The notes: a model not told the origin generated them from the letters alone. Counted from the stretch's first letter, positions 27,813 through 36,956 are shown. The stretch is 64,000 bases of DNA from Candidatus Obscuribacteraceae bacterium (GCA_044226015.1 JBGAHS010000006.1:579722-643721), one strand, 5' to 3'. A program made the numbers and translations.

Positions 27813-28751
27813 ATGCGGTCTATTAACGGACGAATTATTTCCCAAGTAGTAATGGGTGTCTTAGCCTGCCTTTTCGTGGGTCTGGGGCTGTTCTATCCAC
27901 AGCTCAATGCGTTAGGTGGCTACTTTAATAGCCCACCGCCGCCGCCTCCTCCTCCGCCACCTCCACCTCCGCCGCCTCCTCCTCCGCCGCCTCCGACGGT
28001 ACACATTCCGCCGCCGCCGTTCACGCCGCCAATTGTTGTCCCAACTGACGTTACGAGTAACATTCCGAATCCACAGGTGCTGTTCAATCCAAATGGACCG
28101 GGTTCTATTGATGGACTTTTCCTATTGGCTGATCGTCTCTTCCCTGAAGTCAAAGACCTGAAGGGTTCAAATGATTTCATTCTAGTAATTCCTAAAGACA
28201 CAAGCACAGCTTGGGCTTGGATTTCTAAATACGCTGCTTCGTTGAAAGATGGTCAAATACTGGTTGGAGTTCGCAAACCATCAGAAACCGGCATGATCGT
28301 CGCAGAAAACGTAAACATTGCGATTTACTCCAATGGTCACGGAGCTGACGTTCTTGTAACCCAAAGCAATGGACTCATCCGCATCGCCAACCTGGATGGA
28401 CTGGGTCAAAACGTGCGCGTCAAACTTACTGGAGCTCCGTTTGCGAGCTTTCACACAAAGGTGTTTGCTCTGAAACCCGGTATGGAATTGATAGCTTCGG
28501 GTAGTCCTCTTACAAGAAAGGACATCAGACCATCAGACGGGTTTGGTCGTAGACAAACTCAATTGATCGAAAACAAGCATCTTGCGATAAGTCAGTTCTC
28601 GGTTGAAAGCGTCCTGAAGAATAGCGATTTGATTGCTAATTTGCAGCAGAAATCAACAGGAACAAAAGAAAAGCGAATTCTCGCTGACATGTCCAAGATG
28701 GCAGCTGTGCTCAATCAGGTTGGTGGAACCTGGGGGTACGACGGCAAGTAA
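27813..28751 (+). CDS. secreted or membrane-anchored poly-proline protein with beta-rich (FecR-like) C-terminal domain
   Basis: N-terminal hydrophobic helix, Pro21, then beta-strand-rich region (LKDGQILVGVR..., DVLVTQ..., FALKPGMELI) and a helical tail. Confidence 0.75.
   Translation: MRSINGRIISQVVMGVLACLFVGLGLFYPQLNALGGYFNSPPPPPPPPPPPPPPPPPPPPPTVHIPPPPFTPPIVVPTDVTSNIPNPQVLFNPNGPGSIDGLFLLADRLFPEVKDLKGSNDFILVIPKDTSTAWAWISKYAASLKDGQILVGVRKPSETGMIVAENVNIAIYSNGHGADVLVTQSNGLIRIANLDGLGQNVRVKLTGAPFASFHTKVFALKPGMELIASGSPLTRKDIRPSDGFGRRQTQLIENKHLAISQFSVESVLKNSDLIANLQQKSTGTKEKRILADMSKMAAVLNQVGGTWGYDGK
27933..27995 (+). repeat. poly-proline tract, 21 consecutive Pro codons
   Basis: (CCD)21 using CCA, CCG and CCT, with no CCC codon. 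Confidence 0.95.
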
Positions 28752-28842
28752 GCCTAGTTAAAAGCACTTCGAACTAAGGGTTCAGCTAAGGCTGAGCCCT
28801 TGTTCTTGTTGATGGGGATCAGCCGTTGCTGGTGCTGAAGAA

Positions 28843-31167
28843 TCAAGGAAGGTATCGAAGATCAATGCAGACAGTATCAGAGTAAGACCCTGTGTACTCA
28901 CCGTTTTCGCCCGTGGCACACAATCGAAAGGCATAACGATAACCTCGCTTAAAGTCTGATTTCTTTGCGTCAAATTTCGCCTTTGTACCGTTCAAGTGAA
29001 TAGTCTTTGATAGGAATTTGTATGTTCTTGGGCTGCGCAAAGAGTCCTTACCCATGTCGAAAAGGTAGTCAGGCTCAGCAATTTCGAGAACCATATTCTT
29101 TGCGCCTGGAACTTTGCTTACATCAAGGTCGAGAGAAAAACCGTCCGCTAGAATTTCATAATTGCCTCGCGGCATTTCTTTTACAGTTGAAAGATCAGGA
29201 AAAAGTTCTGCGCAATATCGAGCTGGCACAAGATTCGCAGAGGTAAGCTGAGCGCCCTCCGGTAGTTGCACATACAACTCGTTCACTGTCTTGCTTCCCA
29301 CCATTCTGCGCAAATCAATTGTAAAAAAACGATGTTGGCTGAGCCCCTTTCTTGGCCAGGCAGACACATGCAAATATCGCTCAGCTGGACGTTTACCGGT
29401 ATCACTCAAACAAAAGCAAGATCTTCTAATAGCCTTTTCCTGGCGCCAATCAACATTAAGCTCTACTTGCTCGCCATCATCAACAGTAGATGGTTCGGGC
29501 AGTTCGACCCAAACAGCAGAATCTCCTTGAGTTGGCGGAGCCTCAGCTGGACGAATGCGAGCCGGAGTAATCGTTTGAAGACGCTGGCTCCAATCGGTTA
29601 AGCTCAGAGACACCAGTTTTCTCGAGTCCAATTCGAACATGCGCACATCGTACTTTTCTGGGTGCTCAAGACAGAAATGCAAACGACCAGTACTTGGTTG
29701 GAAAAACTCAGGAAACTCATCTAGAGCTAATAACTTCGGTGATTGATCGTCAGGAAAGAATGCTTTGCTTTCAATCGTTTCAAGGTCAGAAGAAGCATAC
29801 ATGACGTGAGCCCCATCAAGGTTGGAGGTCAAAGTCAAAACAACTAATCGCTTATCATCCGGAACCTTTAGAAGAGCATCGTGAACCTGATCCTTCATTG
29901 TTACCAGGAGATCAGATGCCTCCACCCATGGTGCATAATTCTTGAGACTTATAAAAGCAAAAACAACTGCTAGCGAACCTATCGACAGTCCAGTTATCCA
30001 CCTGAGCGACAAGAGAAGACGCTCTGAAACGTCATTCTGCGCAGCAGGAAGGAACATCAATACAAGGAACGGAGAAAAGAACACACTGGGAAGAAAGAAT
30101 ATTCTTGAATTAGAAAGAACTCCATTCACATTGATTACTTGCAGCGCTGGAATATAAGTTAGAAAGCCGGCAACAGCGAAGAAAATTAGTAGCCGAAACA
30201 CTGGAGCCTGCCACGGCAATCTGAATACCCGTAGAGCCATTAGACTTCCTAAAGCGAGATAGACAGTGTGGAGAGCCCTAACTTCCCATTGATTTGGGTC
30301 AAACAAAAGCAGGTTAAAACCAAGAGCAAGAATAGACAGTGAGTTCCATTCAAAAGTGTTTTGCCAGAGTCGCCCCTTTATTGCCTCTCCAAAAGACGCT
30401 GAGTAGCCACCGAATATAGTGCCCAGTACAAGAAAGCGGAGCAGCAAGTATGCAGCAGTCAAAAGAAGGTGAGGCATCAGAGACTTAACTATTTCCCTGA
30501 TTGACGGACGATTCTCCTCAAGACAAATACGATACACAAATAAGAGTGCCGGTAAGCAAGCGATGGACTCCTTAGAAAGAAGCGCAATCGCATAGAGCAG
30601 GAGTGCGGGAATGCTGGCAAGCTGTTTTTTTGACGCAATCGAGTTTATAGACAAAATCATCGACCAGAGCATAAAGCTTGCTGCGATGAGATCTGCCCTT
30701 CCAACTGGCCACACTACAGGTTCAACGTGCAGCGGATACGTCGCAAACACCGCTGTTGAAAGGAATGCAAGCAAGAGAGCTAATCCAGCGCCTAATCGTT
30801 CTAACGCAAGCCGTTCAATAAATTTGAAGGTGAATAGACAAGTGACAATGTACGCCAACAAGTTGAATATGTGGTAGCCGAGAGGGTTGCTTCCCCATAC
30901 GGCATAGTCCAGGAAAAAAGTGAGGTCACAAACAGGTCGGTAAAACAGTGCTGTCGAGCGAGGCATCCAGGATGAAACCAGGCGCTCCCAGAGAATCTCA
31001 GGATGTCCATGAAAGCCCTTGAACAGGTAATCTATACAATAGAAATCATCAGAAAAGAAAAAGCACTGAAGACATTTGTAGTTAGCAAATATAGCCAGCA
31101 AAATGACGATCGCGATACAGAGCCAACGAAGTCGATGTTGCTTCGTTGTCAGAGCAGAGGAGTTCAT
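28843..31167 (-). CDS. GT-C fold (TMTC/PMT-like) membrane glycosyltransferase with C-terminal soluble domain
   Basis: FFSDDF, FYRPV, NPLGYHIFNL, PLHVEPVVW..GRADL, ALLSKES, RIFFLPS; about 11-12 TM helices. Confidence 0.8.
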   Translation of the reverse strand: MNSSALTTKQHRLRWLCIAIVILLAIFANYKCLQCFFFSDDFYCIDYLFKGFHGHPEILWERLVSSWMPRSTALFYRPVCDLTFFLDYAVWGSNPLGYHIFNLLAYIVTCLFTFKFIERLALERLGAGLALLLAFLSTAVFATYPLHVEPVVWPVGRADLIAASFMLWSMILSINSIASKKQLASIPALLLYAIALLSKESIACLPALLFVYRICLEENRPSIREIVKSLMPHLLLTAAYLLLRFLVLGTIFGGYSASFGEAIKGRLWQNTFEWNSLSILALGFNLLLFDPNQWEVRALHTVYLALGSLMALRVFRLPWQAPVFRLLIFFAVAGFLTYIPALQVINVNGVLSNSRIFFLPSVFFSPFLVLMFLPAAQNDVSERLLLSLRWITGLSIGSLAVVFAFISLKNYAPWVEASDLLVTMKDQVHDALLKVPDDKRLVVLTLTSNLDGAHVMYASSDLETIESKAFFPDDQSPKLLALDEFPEFFQPSTGRLHFCLEHPEKYDVRMFELDSRKLVSLSLTDWSQRLQTITPARIRPAEAPPTQGDSAVWVELPEPSTVDDGEQVELNVDWRQEKAIRRSCFCLSDTGKRPAERYLHVSAWPRKGLSQHRFFTIDLRRMVGSKTVNELYVQLPEGAQLTSANLVPARYCAELFPDLSTVKEMPRGNYEILADGFSLDLDVSKVPGAKNMVLEIAEPDYLFDMGKDSLRSPRTYKFLSKTIHLNGTKAKFDAKKSDFKRGYRYAFRLCATGENGEYTGSYSDTVCIDLRYLP

Positions 31168-32426
31168 TCTTTCGGCTTGCTTTCGTATTCCGCCAAGGCT
31201 TTCTGCAACTCCATCTTCATTTCGTTTACAGACTGGAATCGGTCAGCAGGCTCCTTTTGCAAAGCCTTCTCAGCGACTTGATCGAACAAACTTCCCGCAC
31301 CAAGGTCTGGTCTGAAATGAGATAGTGGCATCGGTGTTCCCCAAAGGTGCTTGGCCATTACAGCTTCTGCTGTCTCAGCAAGAAATGGGCAGCGACCTGC
31401 GATAACTTCATAGAGAATAACGCCGAGAGCGTAAATATCAGAGCGATGATCAATCGGCTTATCACTCAAATATTCTGGTGACATGTAATCCACAGTACCA
31501 ATGGCAATACCAGTTCTTGTTAGTCGCTGTCCGCCTTGCTTCAAGTGTGCAATACCGAAGTCTACGATTTTGACCCAGTCTGGTCGATCTGGTCGTTCGC
31601 GAAGCATAATATTTTCTGGCTTGAGGTCTCGGTGAATGATGCCTTGACCATGGGCCTCAGCCAGACCTGAACAGACCTGCATCAATGCATTACAGGCATC
31701 TTTTACACTCATGGATGATTCACGATCGAGGTAATCTCTCATAGACTCACCTTGAATGAACTCCATAACCAAATAAGGACGGCGTCCTTCAAGTGTCCCT
31801 ACGTCAAATACTGAAACAACATTCGGGTGGTCCAATTTGGCAGTAACCTTACATTCCTGCTCAAATCGTTTCATCGCAGTGTCCATAGAAGGCAAGCTAC
31901 TATGCATTAATTTGATAACGACAGGACGATCCAAACCGAGGTGGGTCGCACGGAAAACCTGAGCCATACCACCTTCGCCAAGCAGACCTTCTACCTTGTA
32001 CTTTCCGGCGATCGTCTTGCCTATAACGTTTTCCATTAAGAAACTATCGGAAGAGCTGAATTCTGGATCTGCCGAATCTGGAATAGAATTACGATCTACA
32101 TTCTTTGTTCTATCAGTCGGTTCTTTTGGCCCAACAATCGCATCGATATCAGCGAGGGCTTTATCGGACTTAGCTTGATTTGGTATTCCAGCGATCAACT
32201 TTGTGGCATCATTTGGACAAAATTGAGCGTAACCCGGATAAACAATTTTACAAGTGGGGCAGTGGCGTGGTCCCTCAGCCTGTGCCAATGCCATCTGCGT
32301 TCCAGTCATCCCGATTTCGCTCAGAATGGTTCCATCCTGACCACAGAATTTTGTAGAAATCGGATACCGAAGACCGCAAGTCGGACATACGACAGTGCGC
32401 GCATCAGTGTAACCAAAGGAACTCAT
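31164..32426 (-). CDS. Hanks-type Ser/Thr protein kinase with two N-terminal zinc-ribbon-like motifs
   Basis: GEGGMAQV, VVIK, HRDLKPEN, DFG, GTVDYMSPE, DIYALG; N-terminal CPTC..FCGQDG and CPTC..FCPNDA; no TM. Confidence 0.95.
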   Translation of the reverse strand: MSSFGYTDARTVVCPTCGLRYPISTKFCGQDGTILSEIGMTGTQMALAQAEGPRHCPTCKIVYPGYAQFCPNDATKLIAGIPNQAKSDKALADIDAIVGPKEPTDRTKNVDRNSIPDSADPEFSSSDSFLMENVIGKTIAGKYKVEGLLGEGGMAQVFRATHLGLDRPVVIKLMHSSLPSMDTAMKRFEQECKVTAKLDHPNVVSVFDVGTLEGRRPYLVMEFIQGESMRDYLDRESSMSVKDACNALMQVCSGLAEAHGQGIIHRDLKPENIMLRERPDRPDWVKIVDFGIAHLKQGGQRLTRTGIAIGTVDYMSPEYLSDKPIDHRSDIYALGVILYEVIAGRCPFLAETAEAVMAKHLWGTPMPLSHFRPDLGAGSLFDQVAEKALQKEPADRFQSVNEMKMELQKALAEYESKPKE

Positions 32427-33311
32427 CTACTTAATTTCGAGCCTCGAAGGATATCCTAAAACGTTGGCGCTACCCTGGCTTGAACTGAATTCCGAACTGA
32501 CTTCCTTATCATTTTCGTCAGAAATCGTGAGTTTGTAGTCGCCTGGGGTGATTGTGGGCAATTGCAATGTTCCCTTGGATGACAATCGTCCAAACACAAA
32601 AGATTTGCTGTTTTTATCAGCAACACTCAGCTTCGCATCAGGTGCGTTACTAAAAATCAGAAGTCCTTCACTGGGCCAGAGTGATTTCAAAGCAGTTTTT
32701 TCTACCTCACTTTTGGCAAAATAGACACCAGCAGCGCCAGCACCTGCTCCGAGAATAATCGCCAGAAGCACTGCCGCAATAACTGGAAAGCCAGTAGACC
32801 TTGCTTGTGGGCTCGCATTTCTTACGTATTCTTCACTATGTCGAATATCGGGAGGTGGAGCCGCCGACTGCTGACTCGTTGGACCAAAATTCTGACTGGC
32901 ACCGAAATTCTGGCTACTTGGCCCGAAAGCTTGACTGCTGGTTCCAAAGTTCTGGCTGCTCGGTCCGAAGGCCTGGCTGCTTGCACCAAATGCTTGATTA
33001 CCGCTTACGGCAGCAAAATTCTGCCCGCTGCTGCCCTGATACGGTAGCGGGGCTGCAATTGTACGCCCACCACAGTACACACAGAACTGACCATTGAGCG
33101 GGTCAGATTTGCTACACAAAGTACAGACCAGAACCATCATCTGGTTGCTCGTAGCTCTCATCTCATCAACAGGTGGAACCACAGGCATAGGAGCTGGAGG
33201 TGGAGGCGCTGCTATTTGAACCGGCGCGGGAGCAGGCGCCAGGGACTGCCCACAAAAAATGCAAAACTGCATTCCACCTTCGTTTGTCTCCGAACATGCC
33301 GGACATTTCAT
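32427..33311 (-). CDS. double zinc-ribbon / FG-heptad repeat / TM / PEGA-like protein
   Basis: CPAC..FCIFCG and CTLC..FCVYCG; six FG repeats; TM VIAAVLLAIILGAGAGAAGVYFA; C-terminal GLLIFSNAPDAKLSV...PGDYKLTIS. Confidence 0.8.
   Translation of the reverse strand: MKCPACSETNEGGMQFCIFCGQSLAPAPAPVQIAAPPPPAPMPVVPPVDEMRATSNQMMVLVCTLCSKSDPLNGQFCVYCGGRTIAAPLPYQGSSGQNFAAVSGNQAFGASSQAFGPSSQNFGTSSQAFGPSSQNFGASQNFGPTSQQSAAPPPDIRHSEEYVRNASPQARSTGFPVIAAVLLAIILGAGAGAAGVYFAKSEVEKTALKSLWPSEGLLIFSNAPDAKLSVADKNSKSFVFGRLSSKGTLQLPTITPGDYKLTISDENDKEVSSEFSSSQGSANVLGYPSRLEIK
32868..32990 (-). repeat. degenerate 21-nt coding tandem repeat (FGxSSQx x6)
   Basis: FGASSQA FGPSSQN FGTSSQA FGPSSQN FGASQN FGPTSQQ. Confidence 0.9.
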
Positions 33312-33448
33312 TTAAAACGACTCCCCCGTTCTTCTAGCAGTTTAACCTATGAACCCCCCAAGCTGAATACTTGGATTGCAGATGCTAAGATAGCTCAGAC
33401 TAAAATCAAAGAAACTCTATTGCTGCGCACGCTTTCGGGAGCCAAACA

Positions 33449-34966
33449 TTGCGATTTTTAAGTTCTGATTTAAGAGGTTTTTGCAGGAAATCCCTGGCAA
33501 TCGCTGGAATATTTACCCTGAGCAGCTCAAGCAGCGTTTTTGCCCAGGTAAACAAGAAAACAGCGCCAGCGGCAAATCTCAAGACCTCTGCTGCAGTAAC
33601 GGTCGAAAGTGGAAAGGTGAACGACCTTATCAAGCAGAGTTGGCAGCAAAACCTGTCGGGAGACTCAAACCGCGCAATACAGACTGCTCAAAATGCTTTA
33701 AGCCTCGCCGATAAGTCAACTAACCTGCAGGAGCAGATCGACAGCCTTGATTCGCTTGCGGATATTTTTGACTGGAACCAGAAAGTTGTGGAGCAAGAGG
33801 CTTTAAGAAAGAGGGCATTGGATCTTGCCCTGAAAAAATATGGCAAAACCTCATCGATTTACGCAAAACAGCTGGCAAAGTCAGCAAATTATTACGTCCG
33901 CAAAGGTGAACAAGGGCAAGCCCGCAGCTACCTTGACGAAGCATCGAATATTTTGACAAACAATGAGAGCAAGTTTCCTCTCGAGTGCGCCACTTACTAC
34001 ATGGTGCTAGCGCGCAGACAAAACTCCGAAGGTTCTTTTGGATTGGCTGATGACAGTTATCAAAAAGCTTTGAATCTTTTTGATGGTTCAAAGCAAAAGG
34101 ACCCGAACGGAATGTTACAGGTAGCCAAGGAATATGCTGCATTGCTGGATACTCTCGGCAAGAAATCCGAAGCTGAGAAACTCAGAGATAGAATAAATTT
34201 GGCACGAGCAGGAGCATCCAGCGGCGATACATCGGCCAGTACGACTGCTACTACAGGCAACACCAATCCTTCAGCATTTCTCAAACTTGTTGCAGATGCA
34301 AAACAGGCGGCAGCGGCTGGCGACCACGGCAAAAGTAAGGCTCTATGGAGGCTAGCTCTAGATGATGCGCAAAAAGCTGGGAATGATCGAAAGACTGCTT
34401 TTGTTCTCGTACATCTAGGTGATGAAGCTCGATTCGAAAAGAAGGAAGAAGAAGCGATTAGCCTTTACAGACAGGCGTTGAGCTTACGTGAAAAAAGTGG
34501 CTCAGTCGACAATCTCGGAATGGCTCGAAACCTCAGTAGACTAGCCCAATGCTATATCATGGCTAAGAAAACGAGCGAAGCAGAGTCGCTTCTTCGAAAA
34601 GCAATTGAGATAGAAGATAAGAAAGATGCTTCATTATCTATGCGTGCAATGACACTGCAAAATTTGCTCTCAGCAGCAATGATGAACAAGAATAATCAGC
34701 AGACGGAAGATGCTGCGAAGCGACTTCTGGCGGTCTCGGAAAGGCAAGATGGGGCGTTGGCGGCTTCCAACAAACGCATGGCCCAGAGTATGCTTGGCGC
34801 GGTGTACATGCAAACGGGTCGAATGAATGAAGGCATCAGTATTATGAAGGCCGCCTCCGCCGACATGAGTAAGGCAAACAATGAACTCAGCACTAAAGCA
34901 ATTATGGATGAATATAATGATGCGGATAAGTGCGCAGACGATGCCGAACTAAAAGAGGCTGTTTGA
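33449..34966 (+). CDS. exported TPR-repeat protein
   Basis: Signal-like N-terminus; repeated TPR helices (EAISLYRQALSLRE, AESLLRKAIEIE). Confidence 0.82.
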   Translation: MRFLSSDLRGFCRKSLAIAGIFTLSSSSSVFAQVNKKTAPAANLKTSAAVTVESGKVNDLIKQSWQQNLSGDSNRAIQTAQNALSLADKSTNLQEQIDSLDSLADIFDWNQKVVEQEALRKRALDLALKKYGKTSSIYAKQLAKSANYYVRKGEQGQARSYLDEASNILTNNESKFPLECATYYMVLARRQNSEGSFGLADDSYQKALNLFDGSKQKDPNGMLQVAKEYAALLDTLGKKSEAEKLRDRINLARAGASSGDTSASTTATTGNTNPSAFLKLVADAKQAAAAGDHGKSKALWRLALDDAQKAGNDRKTAFVLVHLGDEARFEKKEEEAISLYRQALSLREKSGSVDNLGMARNLSRLAQCYIMAKKTSEAESLLRKAIEIEDKKDASLSMRAMTLQNLLSAAMMNKNNQQTEDAAKRLLAVSERQDGALAASNKRMAQSMLGAVYMQTGRMNEGISIMKAASADMSKANNELSTKAIMDEYNDADKCADDAELKEAV

Positions 34967-35056
34967 ACCAATTTGAATCACTGCCACTCATGCTTAGCTG
35001 AAGTCGGCGGATAACAGCAAAGCAGAGTAGGCAGCACTACCCATGGTGAGCACTCT

Positions 35057-36067
35057 TCAACAGTCTTCCAGTTTGAGAGCTCTGGATAGCTTAAGCGCCA
35101 GGCTTTCGTAAGACGGATCCTTGTGTATCTGGCAATAACGAATCCAAAGCAAGGACTGCTCATCCTCACTAAGTGAGGGATCCCCGGCCATGCGCTCTAC
35201 ATTCTTATCGAGTAAGGATGTGAAATCAGGAACCCTTCCATCAACATCTGTAAATCCGTACTCTCTAGCAAGGTCTGAAGCAAAAAGCGATAGACCAGCC
35301 TTTTTGCGCACTAACTTGTCAGCTGCAAGAGCAGCTACTGCACGCCCTACCAGCCATGGCGTTTCAGACTCAGCGAAATAAGGGTCTTTCTCGATTGCAT
35401 CGTGCCAGTTATCTTCACGAACGCCAAAGTGATCCAAAACTGCCTCAGAGCGCAGAAAGCCAGGTGCTAAAGACAAGGCTGTCACTCCTGTGCGAAGAAG
35501 CTCTAGAGACATACCGTACGCAAAGCGAGACAAAGCAGCTTTGCTCATGTCATAAAGTATGTGACCGCGATAACCGCTGAAATGTCCGTCAATTACTTCA
35601 ACGATCAACCCACTATTAGCTTGCACCATCAGCGGTGCTAAGTAGCGGCATGTTATTAAATGCGTTGTAATTGTCTGCTCAATATATTTTGAAATCTGCG
35701 AAACATCAACTTCCCAGAAGCGCTTGCCCCAGTCAATCATGGGGTCGGCGCCCCATATACTGTTTACCAGGACATCAAGGCGACCCGACTCCGATTTTAT
35801 TCGACTGGCCAGTTCCTCTAGCTCAGATTGCTCAGTATGATCAACACGCAGTGCCTTGGCATGACCGCCTGACGCTTCGATGAGTGCAAGAGTTTCTTCT
35901 ATTGTCTCGGGACGCTCCATGCCACGAGCACCGGATGAACTCGTTCGTCCAGTGCAGTATACGAAGGCTCCAGCCTCAGCCAGAGCCCTGGCGATTCCAC
36001 GCCCGCCTCCGCGTGTCGCTCCAGCGACGAGCGCAATTTGCCCTTCCAGAGGCATCAAGTCAGACAT
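35057..36067 (-). CDS. SDR family oxidoreductase (DHRS1-like)
   Basis: VAGATRGGGRGIA, LDVLVNSIWG, YDMSK, PGFLRSE, SETP..VGRAVAALA; AGGAG RBS. Confidence 0.92.
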   Translation of the reverse strand: MSDLMPLEGQIALVAGATRGGGRGIARALAEAGAFVYCTGRTSSSGARGMERPETIEETLALIEASGGHAKALRVDHTEQSELEELASRIKSESGRLDVLVNSIWGADPMIDWGKRFWEVDVSQISKYIEQTITTHLITCRYLAPLMVQANSGLIVEVIDGHFSGYRGHILYDMSKAALSRFAYGMSLELLRTGVTALSLAPGFLRSEAVLDHFGVREDNWHDAIEKDPYFAESETPWLVGRAVAALAADKLVRKKAGLSLFASDLAREYGFTDVDGRVPDFTSLLDKNVERMAGDPSLSEDEQSLLWIRYCQIHKDPSYESLALKLSRALKLEDC

Positions 36068-36184
36068 GCCAATCTCCTAGAATCGTCTGAAGACCCGGCT
36101 GAGAGCTGTCAAACATCGAGCCCAGGCGCGCAATCATCCTGGGCGCATCGAAACCTGCCGGCATGAATTTAAGAAAACCGCTTG

Positions 36185-36823
36185 CTATTTTGTGCTGCTA
36201 GCAGCACTGCTTTCTTGTGCCTTGCTGTACATTGATTTGCCCAGCCTGTTGAAAGCTTCTTGCGTTACTACAAGCGAAACAAAGCTCACGCGTGTTGGCT
36301 CATGCGGGTTTATCGAAACTTTGATATCGACAGACTCCATCCAATCTGGCAAAGAGGGGTATGGACGGGCTTGTTGAACCTTGATATTGTCGCCTGAAGC
36401 GGCACCATTGCGACTGATTCGCACTACTTCCTCATGACTGACATCGGGACGCTGAGCGTCGACTTTCAATCCGACTTCTTTCATAAAGCTTGTCAGCCAG
36501 TTGGTGAGATCTGGATGCGGCATTAATTGCCACCATGGGTCGAGAGTAACGTTGCCCTTTACTCCGCCGTATTCCATTGTAAATTTGGTGTCATCAATTG
36601 AGACCAGCCTTGCGCCTTCGAGACTAGACCCTGTTGGAACTGCTGCTGCGAGTCGATCTGGCATAACTAGCAAGGCGCTATCTCCAACCCAACCCCCAAT
36701 GTGAATCCGTGAGATATAGTCTTTGGCACTTTTGTCATTTGACGAAGGTGCTGCCTGCGCAGCCAGAAAAGAACCAAGAGCCAGGACTGACAAGCTTGAC
36801 GCCAGAAGCTTCACTAATCTCAT
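36185..36823 (-). CDS. hypothetical exported protein
   Basis: Signal peptide from ATG 36823 (MRLVKLLASSLSVLALGSFLAAQA); AAGGGTG upstream. Confidence 0.7.
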   Translation of the reverse strand: MRLVKLLASSLSVLALGSFLAAQAAPSSNDKSAKDYISRIHIGGWVGDSALLVMPDRLAAAVPTGSSLEGARLVSIDDTKFTMEYGGVKGNVTLDPWWQLMPHPDLTNWLTSFMKEVGLKVDAQRPDVSHEEVVRISRNGAASGDNIKVQQARPYPSLPDWMESVDIKVSINPHEPTRVSFVSLVVTQEAFNRLGKSMYSKAQESSAASSTK

Positions 36824-36922
36824 TAAAATCACCCTTAAATCCCAACAGGCAAACAATATCATAGTCTGCTAATTGGCAGTAGCAGACCGATTTAAGGATT
36901 TACACCGAGCAGTTGTAAGGAG

Positions 36923-36956
36923 CTGTCACAAAGTCCTCACAAAAGTGTTTTATAAT
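36923..36956 (+). promoter_or_regulatory. Pho-box-like direct repeat plus -10 element
   Basis: CTGTCAC-AAAG-TCCTCAC (11-bp period), then 10 nt, then TATAAT. Confidence 0.5.

Noticed and set aside
31164..33311. Stop-codon readthrough fusing the zinc-ribbon/PEGA gene to the kinase (in-frame TAG-ATG)
   Set aside because: A fusion would place the kinase after the TM and extracytoplasmic domain, which is the wrong topology; abutting genes are common in operons.
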